Source: Reclinomonas americana ATCC 50394
Lineage: Eukaryota
Assembly (NCBI GenBank): GCA_048213135.1
Contig: PS015010.1
Coordinates: forward strand, 434,001 to 498,000
Direction: 5' to 3'
DNA length: 64,000 nt
Part shown: positions 18,976 to 27,777 of the stretch, piece after piece
How positions within the stretch are numbered: the stretch's first letter is position 1
Layout of the letters: each line of letters begins with the position of its first letter
The notes under the pieces: model-generated
Told to the model about the DNA's origin: nothing
The model's database searches: none
Seen by the model: the letters and a program-made list of their open reading frames with translations, nothing else
Made by a program: the position numbers and the translations under genes

Positions 18976-21933
18976 TTAAAACCTGTTTGGATATTGCGTA
19001 TTTAACAAGGTTTTATAGGCCTGTATGTTTTTATTGCTTTTCAGCAACTGAAGGTTGTCATTATTGATGATAAGGAAACTGTATTTATTAGCCGGCAGCC
19101 ACGATACTTCCCTCGCCGCGCTTCTCCTGATCTTATCATAATATACCAGCGCTTCGTCGGCATTCGCGAAAGGCGATATCAGCAGAATGCTGTGTTCCGC
19201 GTCAATGGCGTCTCTCACTATGTCGATGGTCTGACCATAATATTTTTCCCTGTTGTACCGGTTGAAAGCGTTGCGGGCTTCATTCACGTATACACCGTCT
19301 ACCTTGTCCAGTACCATTACTACGTAATGTGGTGCAGCGGCATTGAGGGCAAAGGAGCCGGGTATGGATGGAGCAACCGGTGGCGTCACTTTTTTAGTGG
19401 TATCGGTCAATGGTTTTACCACGGGTGCTTTTACCACAGGCTTGGGATCGTCCGGAACCACGATCGTGGGGTCGTCGGCGGCACGGGTCACCTGCAGTTC
19501 GGTCAGGTATTTTTCAATCTCGCTCCTGCGTTTTACCACATCAATCATGGTAGCGGCTTTTTCGCTGAGCGGAGAAGTGGGGTAGGTGGTCATTAATGTC
19601 TGCAGCGTGGAAATGGCCATACTGTCATTCCTGTTCTTAACGTGCTGCAATGCTTCGATATACACCAGTTGCGGTGTCCAGTAGTTAACGCCATACAGGT
19701 TGTCGGCTTTTTTCTTTTCCGCCATGGCCTGTTCAAAGTTACCTTCTATGAAAAGTCCGTAAATGCGTTCGTACAACTGCGTGGCCGCCGGGTTCTTCAC
19801 TTTAGGGTCATTCACACCCGGGTTATTCAGTTTCTGTGCAGAAGGAGAATTGGCAAATTTACTGTTCAGCAGTCCTTTATAATAATCGGCTTTAGCGGTG
19901 TTGCCCAGTTTGGAGTAACAGAAGTAAAGGCCCAGGTACACTTCACCGTCGGCAAGGCGGGCAGGGAAGCGGCGCAGGTAGTCTTCATAAGTATCAGCGG
20001 CCATCTGGTATTCTTCCAGGTCGTTTTGGTAGGCCTTGGCCAGTTCCAGCAGGTTGGAAGCCAGGATGTCGTTGCTGGCATTCATTTTTTCTTCGGTGAG
20101 CGGCACATTCCTGATCATGGCATCGTAACTGAGTTCTGTGTCGCCATTGGTCACGGGCACGGTGCCGGCATTCTTCAGGTCGCCGGGCACTTTACCTTCA
20201 CCACGACCGGTACCGGAAACCGGGGCAGCGATGTTTTCAGCGGCGGCCCTGCGTCTCCAGTTGTCTACATTTGAGCGGTTGCCCCACTTGCTTTTGAATT
20301 CATTAAAACCTCTCGATTTAAGCGAACTGTTGTAGAAGTACCATTCGCCTTTGGTATTGCCGCCAAAGAGGTCGGCGGCTTGTGTATTATTGCCGAAGGG
20401 CTGCATCTCACCACCGGCATAAGAACCGTCGTCTTTCACACCTTTTTCCTTGCGCAGTTTCTTCAGTAATTTTTTTATGAATTCGTCCCTTACGCCGGCT
20501 TCCATTCCTGCCAGGCGTTGCAGGCTGTCTTCGCGTTCAATATTGGTCGTTGCTTCCACGATCCTGCCGAGTGCGGCTTTGCGCTCCTGCATCAGTTTGA
20601 TCTTTGCCGACAGGCTGCTGTCATTTTCGCCTCCCTGTACACTGTCGTACATAGCGGCGGCCAGGCGGTATTGTTTGCGGCTGTAAGCGATGTCGCCTAA
20701 TTGCAGGAAAGCCCGGTTCCTGTAAGGCACATTGCCTTCATTGTATTTGATGCTTTTCCTGTACAGGTTGACGGCAACAGCCGTATCCGGTTTTTTCAGG
20801 GCCAGTTGTCCGGCGGCATAGTACACAATATCCCGGTAGGCGTCAAACCTGTCTTTCCGGCCCATCCGGTTGAGGTTGCTGATGCTTTTGTCCAGTTCCT
20901 TCACGTTGCCGCCTTTCATCATTTTGGCTTCATTGAGCTGGGCATAAATGTCGAGCAGCGGGTCAACGGTATGTTTGGAAGCTTTTGAGTAATATTTGGA
21001 TGCTTTGTCGTACTGCCCGTTCATTTCATACATCTGCCCCAGCAGGTATTCCCATCTGGATTTATCCTGTTTGGTATCCGCGGCGGTCAGTGCTTTTTCG
21101 AGGTGAACGGCGGCGCTGTCGTAACTGCCCTGCCTGAAGAACCAGTAGGCGTTCACTTCTTCCAGGTCGTTGCGCAGGCGTTTGGGCAGGTTGGGGTCAT
21201 TCTGCAGGGTATTGATCAGGCCTGCGGCATCGGCATATTCTTCCTGCTCAATAAAAGTGCGTGCCAGCCATATCAGGGCGTCGTTGCGGCTGGGAGGCAG
21301 GGAAACCACTTTCTGAATAATATTCCTTTTCTCCTTATTGGCGATGGAGATCACGTTATTGGCGCCGGCGGCGGAGTTGGTACCTACAATGCGGTCATCG
21401 TCATCGTTCCTTCTTTTGCGGGGGAACAGGTTATAGTTGATGAACTGGAAGGTCATGGCGGCGGAGTCAAAATCCTTACGCAGGAAATACGCTTTGCCAA
21501 TGAGCAGGTACATATTGTCGATCCAGTCGTTGCGCAGGTCATGCAGCAATATACCGGCCGTGGAGGTGATTACTACGGAATCGAGTTCCGTGGTTTGTGT
21601 TTTGGTATTCTCCAGTGAGTAGGGATAGAAGGAGAGCAGGTTGGCATATTCTTCCTTATTACTCATCTTCGCCCTTTCTATAATAGCGTTAACGCGGTTG
21701 TTGGCGTTGAAATAATAGTTGTAGTGGGTTACGGTGTTCTGGATGAAGTTGCGGGGTACGGTAAATTTCTTATCGGCTGTCTTTTCAGAGCCCAGTTTTT
21801 TGTTTTCGTATTGTTCGGGTTTTTTCTCCTTACCGAAGGGCTCGAATGTCCAGGTAGGCTGCGCCAGGGCACATACGGGAATGATGAGCAGCAGCAGGTA
21901 AACCGCAGGGATGGCAAATGTTCTCTTCAGCAT
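18976..21933 (-). CDS. TPR protein, PorW/SprE-like (type IX secretion / gliding motility accessory)
   Basis: TxYNxxFN N-terminal motif, WIDNMYLLIGKA, multiple TPRs and WYFYN...FxxKWGxRxxxDNWR; divergent from the bactofilin locus, as in other Bacteroidota. Confidence 0.7.
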   Translation of the reverse strand: MLKRTFAIPAVYLLLLIIPVCALAQPTWTFEPFGKEKKPEQYENKKLGSEKTADKKFTVPRNFIQNTVTHYNYYFNANNRVNAIIERAKMSNKEEYANLLSFYPYSLENTKTQTTELDSVVITSTAGILLHDLRNDWIDNMYLLIGKAYFLRKDFDSAAMTFQFINYNLFPRKRRNDDDDRIVGTNSAAGANNVISIANKEKRNIIQKVVSLPPSRNDALIWLARTFIEQEEYADAAGLINTLQNDPNLPKRLRNDLEEVNAYWFFRQGSYDSAAVHLEKALTAADTKQDKSRWEYLLGQMYEMNGQYDKASKYYSKASKHTVDPLLDIYAQLNEAKMMKGGNVKELDKSISNLNRMGRKDRFDAYRDIVYYAAGQLALKKPDTAVAVNLYRKSIKYNEGNVPYRNRAFLQLGDIAYSRKQYRLAAAMYDSVQGGENDSSLSAKIKLMQERKAALGRIVEATTNIEREDSLQRLAGMEAGVRDEFIKKLLKKLRKEKGVKDDGSYAGGEMQPFGNNTQAADLFGGNTKGEWYFYNSSLKSRGFNEFKSKWGNRSNVDNWRRRAAAENIAAPVSGTGRGEGKVPGDLKNAGTVPVTNGDTELSYDAMIRNVPLTEEKMNASNDILASNLLELAKAYQNDLEEYQMAADTYEDYLRRFPARLADGEVYLGLYFCYSKLGNTAKADYYKGLLNSKFANSPSAQKLNNPGVNDPKVKNPAATQLYERIYGLFIEGNFEQAMAEKKKADNLYGVNYWTPQLVYIEALQHVKNRNDSMAISTLQTLMTTYPTSPLSEKAATMIDVVKRRSEIEKYLTELQVTRAADDPTIVVPDDPKPVVKAPVVKPLTDTTKKVTPPVAPSIPGSFALNAAAPHYVVMVLDKVDGVYVNEARNAFNRYNREKYYGQTIDIVRDAIDAEHSILLISPFANADEALVYYDKIRRSAAREVSWLPANKYSFLIINNDNLQLLKSNKNIQAYKTLLNTQYPNRF

Positions 21934-22041
21934 GAATCAAAAGGTTGTAAAACAGGGCTAAATATCGGTTATTTTTATTAATTATTGCCTAATCCCGGTG
22001 GAGTTTTGGGGTATTTAGGGAATTTTTAAAGAATGATGGTG

Positions 22042-22077
22042 AATGTGATGATATGATAATTTGATAATATGCCAATT
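22042..22077. repeat. Degenerate 8-bp tandem array (AATGTGAT/GATATGAT/AATTTGAT/AATATGCC)
   Basis: Read directly in the intergenic region. Confidence 0.5.
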
Positions 22078-22118
22078 CTCTTAATTATGAGGTCACTGGG
22101 CAATAGTATATTCTCTAT

Positions 22119-22151
22119 CGATTCGTAATTCGTAATTGGTAATTCGTAATT
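22119..22151. repeat. ATTCGTA heptamer array
   Basis: CGATTCGTAATTCGTAATTGGTAATTCGTAATT, 32/33 identical to 26434-26466. Confidence 0.85.
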
Positions 22152-22215
22152 GTTCATCCCCGCTCTCTTGTGTTTTCACCCGCAATCTGTAACTTTAGCA
22201 TCCAACAAAAAAATA

Positions 22216-22614
22216 ATGGCCAAAATAGACGCCAACAGCACATTAAAACGTTTACGTAACCGGTACAGGCTGGTGGTGATGAACGAGGACACTTATGAAG
22301 AAGTAGTTAAGTTCAAGCTGAGCCGCATGAGCGTTTATATTACCCTGTGTACTTTATTTGTCGTTTTTATCGGCCTTATACTGGCGCTGATCGTTTTTAC
22401 CCCGCTCAAGTATTACCTGCCCGGCGTGGGCTATGGCAATGCGAAACAACAGAAAGAGTACCGGGAACTGAAGATCAGGACCGATTCCATTGAAAAAGCC
22501 CTGCAGCATAAAGAGCAATATTATAACGATCTGAAAAAGGTATTGCAGGGAACGGTGACCAAACTGGATACGAATAAACTGGCTCTGCCCAAAACAGAGA
22601 ACAGTCTTGAATAA
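22216..22614 (+). CDS. Single-pass membrane protein resembling the N-terminal half of Bacteroidota M23 peptidases, without the catalytic domain
   Basis: ATG 22216; RYRLVVMNEDTYEE.x.KLSR, TM, FTPLKYYLPG and a coiled coil; stop 27 nt before bactofilin. Confidence 0.7.
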   Translation: MAKIDANSTLKRLRNRYRLVVMNEDTYEEVVKFKLSRMSVYITLCTLFVVFIGLILALIVFTPLKYYLPGVGYGNAKQQKEYRELKIRTDSIEKALQHKEQYYNDLKKVLQGTVTKLDTNKLALPKTENSLE

Positions 22615-22641
22615 CCAAGTCAATAACCTAAAACTAACCAT

Positions 22642-23040
22642 ATGTTCAAGTCCAGATCTGCATCCGATGCCCCGGTTGTTGGGGCGAACAGCATTATCGG
22701 TGCCGGCACCGTTATTACCGGCGACATCCAGACCAGCGGCGATATCCGCATCGACGGTACGCTGAAAGGTAACCTGGTAACAAGGGCCAAAGTGCTGATA
22801 GGGCCCGAAGGATCAGTGGATGGCGATATCAAAGGCCAGCAGGCCGATATCCTGGGTAATGTAAAAGGTACCCTTACAGTGGCCGACCTCCTGCACCTGA
22901 GGGGTAAGGCTTCGATCAACGGTGATGTATACGCCGGCAAATTACAGGTGGAGCCAACGGTAACTTTCAACGGCCAGTGCCATATGGGCGCCAATGTTGT
23001 TGAACTGAACACCGAAATGGCGGCAGTAGTAAACCAATAA
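22642..23040 (+). CDS. Bactofilin (polymer-forming cytoskeletal protein, CcmA-like)
   Basis: SIIGAGTVITGDIQTSGDIRIDGTLKGNL beta-helix repeats and a FNGQCHM end. Confidence 0.92.
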   Translation: MFKSRSASDAPVVGANSIIGAGTVITGDIQTSGDIRIDGTLKGNLVTRAKVLIGPEGSVDGDIKGQQADILGNVKGTLTVADLLHLRGKASINGDVYAGKLQVEPTVTFNGQCHMGANVVELNTEMAAVVNQ

Positions 23041-23060
23041 AACAGGCCAACCGGCAATTC

Positions 23061-23456
23061 ATGAACGAAAACATAAAACCAGTCCGACCGATCCTTATCA
23101 TCTTTGTTATCCTCAACGGACTGATCATTGCCCTGAAATCGAGGCTGGACACCTGGGGTTTTGACCGCGATGTATTGCTGGTCGCCAACCTCCTTTTCTG
23201 CGCACTCACGGTGTTTACCATGCTGCGGCAGATCAGGGCGATGAAGAACAGCAATCCCAATGCTTTTGTACGCAGCATCATGGCCGGCACCATGATCAAG
23301 ATGTTTGTCTGCATCATTGCCGTAGTGGCGTACATACTGGCATTCCGCAAAACTTTCAACAAACCGGCGGTGTATCTTTCGCTGGGATTCTATGTCATTT
23401 ACCTGGTGGCGGAAGTAAGACAGATGATGAAGCTGAATAAAACAAAAAATGGCTAA
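23061..23456 (+). CDS. Four-TM hypothetical membrane protein (AtpI/DUF6168-like)
   Basis: Four hydrophobic segments and an FVRSIMAGTMIKMF motif; similar genes precede atpB in other Bacteroidota. Confidence 0.55.
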   Translation: MNENIKPVRPILIIFVILNGLIIALKSRLDTWGFDRDVLLVANLLFCALTVFTMLRQIRAMKNSNPNAFVRSIMAGTMIKMFVCIIAVVAYILAFRKTFNKPAVYLSLGFYVIYLVAEVRQMMKLNKTKNG

Positions 23457-24072
23457 ACAGGAGGCGCCTCTCTTACAATTAAAATCCTACTTGCCCGAAG
23501 GCAGCTTCGATGATGTGCTGTACTATCTCCAGCATTATAAAGTACATCTAACGATTACGCGTAAACGCGAAAGTGTGCTTGGCGATTATCGTCATGCCCA
23601 TGCCGGGCAAACGCACCGCATCAGCGTGAACGGTAACCTCAACTCTTATTCTTTTCTCATTACCCTGCTGCATGAACTGGCACACCTGTTCACGTATGAG
23701 CAGTTCGGGCACCGGGTTCAGGCACATGGCCAGGAGTGGAAAAAGGAATTCAGTAAGATACTGGCCCGCTTCATGGCAAAAAATATTTTTCCGGAAGACA
23801 TCCGCCGTGCCCTGCTCAATACCCTGCAAAACCCGGCTGCCAGCAGTTGCGGTGATGAGCACCTGCTGCGGGTACTGCGGCATTATGATCCGAAGCAGGA
23901 AGGTGTTTGCCTGGTGGAGCAGGTACCCGATGGCGGGTTATTCATGATTCCCGGAGGTCGCATATTCCGCAAGGGCGAACGGGTTCGCAAAAGATTTAAA
24001 TGTACCGAACTGGCTACCGGTAAGTTGTATCTCTTCAGCCCGGTGTATGAAGTGAAAATTGTGGAACGTTAG
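23449..24072 (+). CDS. SprT-like zinc metalloprotease domain protein
   Basis: LGDYR, TLLHELAH (HExxH) and HGQEWK motifs. Confidence 0.88.
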   Translation: MAKQEAPLLQLKSYLPEGSFDDVLYYLQHYKVHLTITRKRESVLGDYRHAHAGQTHRISVNGNLNSYSFLITLLHELAHLFTYEQFGHRVQAHGQEWKKEFSKILARFMAKNIFPEDIRRALLNTLQNPAASSCGDEHLLRVLRHYDPKQEGVCLVEQVPDGGLFMIPGGRIFRKGERVRKRFKCTELATGKLYLFSPVYEVKIVER

Positions 24073-24075
24073 GTA

Positions 24076-24780
24076 TTAGTCATTAGTATTTGCAACCCAG
24101 CCGGAAAGGATTCGTTCATCGGCACTGATCTTTCCCAGCACTTTATATTTACTGCTGCTTAGTACCCAACTTGCTGCGGCTTTTTCTTTCTGCACATTCC
24201 TGGTGCCCACAAAAGTGGAGTGGATGAACCAGGTCTCTTTTCCATCGTTGTAAATAAAACCGGTGTGATTGTCGAGCCCGACAATGTAAAGTCCGTACCC
24301 CTGCTGCTGCACCGAAGCAAGAAAACTGGTCATGGGCAGGTTGCTGAACCTGCGGATGAGGGTGGGTTGCACCAGCGTGGTGATCATTTGTTCCGATGCA
24401 CATTGTGCCAGCCGGGTACGTGATAAGCGAACGCCTGCGTCCTGCAATACCGTGGTTACAAAATACCCGCAGGCGATGCTTCCTTTTTGCGGCGACTGGC
24501 TGGTGCCGTTGAAACTCCAGGCCGTACCGATCCACCCGGGAATGATGGTTTCCGCGACGGTTTGGGTAAAGATCTTTTCTTTTTCTGACCTGGGCATATG
24601 ATCCCACCTCAGCCGGTATTGCTCCCGCACCTGTATCGCCTTTTTTTTGCAGGAATCATAATTGACAGCGGCAGGCGGAGAAACCTTTGCATGGCGGGCA
24701 GTGCCGGGCACTTTTTCATGTTGACGGCAGGAAGCGAACAGGAGAGTGGCAGTAATGCAGTAAATAAACGATCGGGTCAT
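24076..24780 (-). CDS. Lipoprotein with putative NlpC/P60 (papain-like) catalytic residues
   Basis: ATG 24780 gives lipobox LFASC; WIGTAWSFNG...IACGYFV (Cys), DNHTGF (His) and FIHS. Confidence 0.6.
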   Translation of the reverse strand: MTRSFIYCITATLLFASCRQHEKVPGTARHAKVSPPAAVNYDSCKKKAIQVREQYRLRWDHMPRSEKEKIFTQTVAETIIPGWIGTAWSFNGTSQSPQKGSIACGYFVTTVLQDAGVRLSRTRLAQCASEQMITTLVQPTLIRRFSNLPMTSFLASVQQQGYGLYIVGLDNHTGFIYNDGKETWFIHSTFVGTRNVQKEKAAASWVLSSSKYKVLGKISADERILSGWVANTND

Positions 24781-24937
24781 GGATGCAATGAGACAACCGG
24801 CAGAACTTATTCCATAAAATTCCGGTAACGAATTTCGGGACACCGGAACAAGGGCCTGTTTTTTGTAATAAGTTAGGCTAACCGTTTGGTTTTTAAAAAG
24901 AAACCTATATTTTAGAGTATATATTCAACCACTGATC

Positions 24938-25489
24938 TTGCCTGTTACCCGGAAATATAGCGAAGAAGAGTTGGTGATGCTTCTGCAGCGTCACGATAAA
25001 CAGGCGTTTTCTTACCTCTACGATAACTATTCCGCGGCGCTTAATGGTATTATCTATCGCATGGTGGAAGACCGCGAACTGGCGGAAGATATCCTCCAGG
25101 AAGCCTTTGTAAAGATCTGGAACAATTTCCCGAATTATGATACGGCGAAGGGCCGCTTATTTACCTGGATGCTGAACATAACCAGGAATTTAACCATTGA
25201 TACCCTGCGCAGTAAAGGATATAAAAAACAAACAAAAATCTCTGGGGACGAAAATTCCGTAAGTAATCATGCTGACGATAGCAGGATGGCTGAAAAGTTT
25301 GATGCACTTGGCCTTCGCAAACAACTGATCAACCTTAAACCCGAGCAAAGAAGCATCATTGACCTTGCCTACTTTGGCGGGTACACTCAGGACGAAATCT
25401 CCAGGGAAATGGGAATACCTCTTGGTACGGTAAAAACCCGTATGAGGTCGGCTATTATTGAATTACGAAAACTTTTACAATACCCGTAA
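24938..25489 (+). CDS. ECF RNA polymerase sigma-70 factor
   Basis: Region 2 (AEDILQEAFVKIW, FTWML) and region 4 (EIS.EMGIPLGTVKTRMR); TTG start. Confidence 0.92.
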   Translation: MPVTRKYSEEELVMLLQRHDKQAFSYLYDNYSAALNGIIYRMVEDRELAEDILQEAFVKIWNNFPNYDTAKGRLFTWMLNITRNLTIDTLRSKGYKKQTKISGDENSVSNHADDSRMAEKFDALGLRKQLINLKPEQRSIIDLAYFGGYTQDEISREMGIPLGTVKTRMRSAIIELRKLLQYP

Positions 25490-25490
25490 G

Positions 25491-26312
25491 GTGGAATTAA
25501 AAGACATCATATCATCCGGTTTGCTCGAGCTGTACTGTCTCGGACTTGCCACACCCGCTGAAGTGAGCGAGGTGGAGCAATGGGTCGTACAGTATCCTGA
25601 AGTAGCAGCTGAGATCGAGGCCATACGCCTGGGTATGGAGGGTTATGCCGGTAGTCATGCGGTAACACCTTCCCCTTCTGTAAAAGATAAACTGTTTGCC
25701 CAGCTGGGTATTGATGATGATGACATGACTTCCGCACCTGTTGCTGCCACCGGTAACAATATAGCGGAGGAAAGCGAAGCTAAAGTATACCGAATGCCAC
25801 GCTACTGGAAAGTGGCTGCCGCAGCGGCTGTTATACTCATCGCCGGCAGTGCCATACTTAACATGGTATTCTACAGTAAGTACACCACGCTGAGCAAAGA
25901 CCTGGCAGCAACGCAGGCGGCACTGGCGGTTGAGAAACAGCACAACGATGATATGAAGAACGATATGGCTGTAGTGCAGAATCCCAACAGCATGAGCGTA
26001 TCACTTAAAGAAATGCAACCCGCTTCCGGAAGGAACGCGAAAATATACTGGATGCAGAACACCCACGAAGTTATGGTGGATGCCAGTAACCTGCCCGATG
26101 CTCCCGCCGGAAAACAATACCAGTTCTGGGGCATCGTGGATGGTAAACCTGTTGACGGTGGCCTTATCATTACTACAGATAAAGGCAAAAAATTCCGCAT
26201 GCAAAAAATGAAATCCTTCGGCAGGGCAGAAGCCTTCGCCATCTCTCTCGAAAAAGAAGGAGGCAACCCAACACCGACGGAAGTGGTGAGTATGGGTAAG
26301 ATTAGTTTGTAA
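25491..26312 (+). CDS. Anti-sigma factor, RskA family
   Basis: GTG 1 nt after the sigma stop; SGLLELY N-terminus, one TM, C-terminal YQFW...PVDGG and AFAISLEKEGGNPTPT. Confidence 0.88.
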   Translation: MELKDIISSGLLELYCLGLATPAEVSEVEQWVVQYPEVAAEIEAIRLGMEGYAGSHAVTPSPSVKDKLFAQLGIDDDDMTSAPVAATGNNIAEESEAKVYRMPRYWKVAAAAAVILIAGSAILNMVFYSKYTTLSKDLAATQAALAVEKQHNDDMKNDMAVVQNPNSMSVSLKEMQPASGRNAKIYWMQNTHEVMVDASNLPDAPAGKQYQFWGIVDGKPVDGGLIITTDKGKKFRMQKMKSFGRAEAFAISLEKEGGNPTPTEVVSMGKISL

Positions 26313-26313
26313 A

Positions 26314-26467
26314 TAATTACGAATTACTAATTACGAATGCTTTAGCAGCATGCAGTATTTGCTTTAATTACACAGCCTTCTCTTTAATGAGCAATATTGG
26401 CGATGCTATTTACCATACTTCATATGATTACCACGATTCGTAATTCGTAATTAGTAATTCGTAATTA
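26314..26467. repeat. Perfect 25-bp inverted repeat made of ATTCGTA heptamers around a 104-bp spacer
   Basis: 26314-26338 TAATTACGAATTACTAATTACGAAT is the exact reverse complement of 26443-26467. Confidence 0.85.
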
Positions 26468-26520
26468 AAATAATAATTCGTAATTAAAATCATAATTCGT
26501 AATTAAAGTTCTCTTCACAA

Positions 26521-26544
26521 AACCATCTTCACCACCACTCCGTA
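26521..26544 (+). promoter_or_regulatory. Candidate ECF-sigma promoter for the fasciclin gene
   Basis: AAC(CATC) at 26521 and CGTA at 26541, i.e. AAC-N17-CGT, 46 nt upstream of ATG 26591. Confidence 0.5.
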
Positions 26545-26590
26545 CATCTCTTTGTATTCATTATTATTTAACTCCAAAAAACTGGTAAGT

Positions 26591-27157
26591 ATGAAACAGG
26601 TAACAAAAATTTTATTTGTGGTGATGGCGATTGTTTTCGCACAGGCATCATTTGCACAAATGGAAAACGACAAAACGGTGATGGTAGGCGGCGCACCGAT
26701 GTATCCCACCAAAAACATTATTGAGAACGCGGTAAACAGTAAAGACCACACCACACTGGTGGCCGCGGTAAAAGCAGCGGGACTGGTAGAAACATTGCAG
26801 GGTGCGGGCCCTTTCACTGTTTTCGCTCCAACCAATAAGGCCTTTGATATGCTGCCTAAAGGAACAGTAGACAATCTGCTGAAACCGGAGAACAAAGGAA
26901 CGCTCACCACGGTACTCACCTATCATGTAGTGGCAGGAAGATGGAGCGCTCATGAACTGATGAACATGATCGAAAAAGGCGGAGGTAAGGCTACTATTAA
27001 AACCGTTGCGGGTAAAAATCTTACCGCATGGATGAAAAGCAAAATGATCGGCATTACCGATGAGTCAGGTAATACAGCCTGGGTTACCATAAAAGATGTA
27101 AACCAGAGCAATGGGGTCATCCATGTGATCGACCATGTACTGCTGCCGAAAATGTGA
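26591..27157 (+). CDS. Secreted fasciclin (FAS1) domain protein
   Basis: Signal peptide from ATG 26591; FTVFAPTN, LTYHVV and SNGVIHVIDHVLLP. Confidence 0.93.
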   Translation: MKQVTKILFVVMAIVFAQASFAQMENDKTVMVGGAPMYPTKNIIENAVNSKDHTTLVAAVKAAGLVETLQGAGPFTVFAPTNKAFDMLPKGTVDNLLKPENKGTLTTVLTYHVVAGRWSAHELMNMIEKGGGKATIKTVAGKNLTAWMKSKMIGITDESGNTAWVTIKDVNQSNGVIHVIDHVLLPKM

Positions 27158-27186
27158 TCACTGTTTTCATGGCTGAAAGCCAGGTG

Positions 27187-27207
27187 CCCCGCTTGTAACA
27201 GGCGGGG
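27187..27207. terminator. GC-rich hairpin between convergent genes
   Basis: CCCCGCTTG-TAA-CAGGCGGGG; no strong T-run. Confidence 0.5.
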
Positions 27208-27208
27208 A

Positions 27209-27766
27209 TTACCTGTAAGGAGTTAATAAGGAATAAATGACGGTATCTCTGAATTCGCCTTTAAAAAAATAATCCTCCCTGAAATAGGCTTCCTTTACAA
27301 AACCGGTCTTTTCCAATATAGCTGCAGATGCTGCATTATCCGGGTTAATGTGTGCTTCAATGCTGTGCAGTTTCAGCGGGCCAAAACCATAGTCAATACA
27401 GGTGCGCAGCGCTTCGCTCATCACGCCCCTGCCCCAGTGCGACGGGGATAAAGTATAACCTACTTCGGCACGGTAATGTTCCTTGATGAGCCGCCAGAAG
27501 CCAATAACGCCTATCAATTGCGCTGGGTTTTCTTTCAGTGAGATGCCCCAGTTGATACCATCATTCTTCGTTATCGCATCGTCTATCCGCTGTACAAAGG
27601 CGAATCCTTCGCTGATGTCTTTGGCCTTTTCTTTATCGATGTACTTCATTACATCTTCATTGGAACGAAGTAAAAAAATGGCTTCAGCGTCAGCAGGGGT
27701 TATCCGGCGCAGTAATAAACGTTCTGTTTCGAGTATGGGGAAATTGGAAAAATCGGGTGTGAGCAT
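27209..27766 (-). CDS. GNAT acetyltransferase, RimJ/RimL family
   Basis: LETERLLLR, AEVGY, HWGRGVMSEA and NAASAAILEKTGF. Confidence 0.9.
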   Translation of the reverse strand: MLTPDFSNFPILETERLLLRRITPADAEAIFLLRSNEDVMKYIDKEKAKDISEGFAFVQRIDDAITKNDGINWGISLKENPAQLIGVIGFWRLIKEHYRAEVGYTLSPSHWGRGVMSEALRTCIDYGFGPLKLHSIEAHINPDNAASAAILEKTGFVKEAYFREDYFFKGEFRDTVIYSLLTPYR

Positions 27767-27777
27767 AATGAATGTTT

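Noticed and set aside
22119..26505. Near-identical 33-bp repeats as a CRISPR array
   Set aside because: The copies are 4.3 kb apart and internally periodic, with no spacers and no cas genes.
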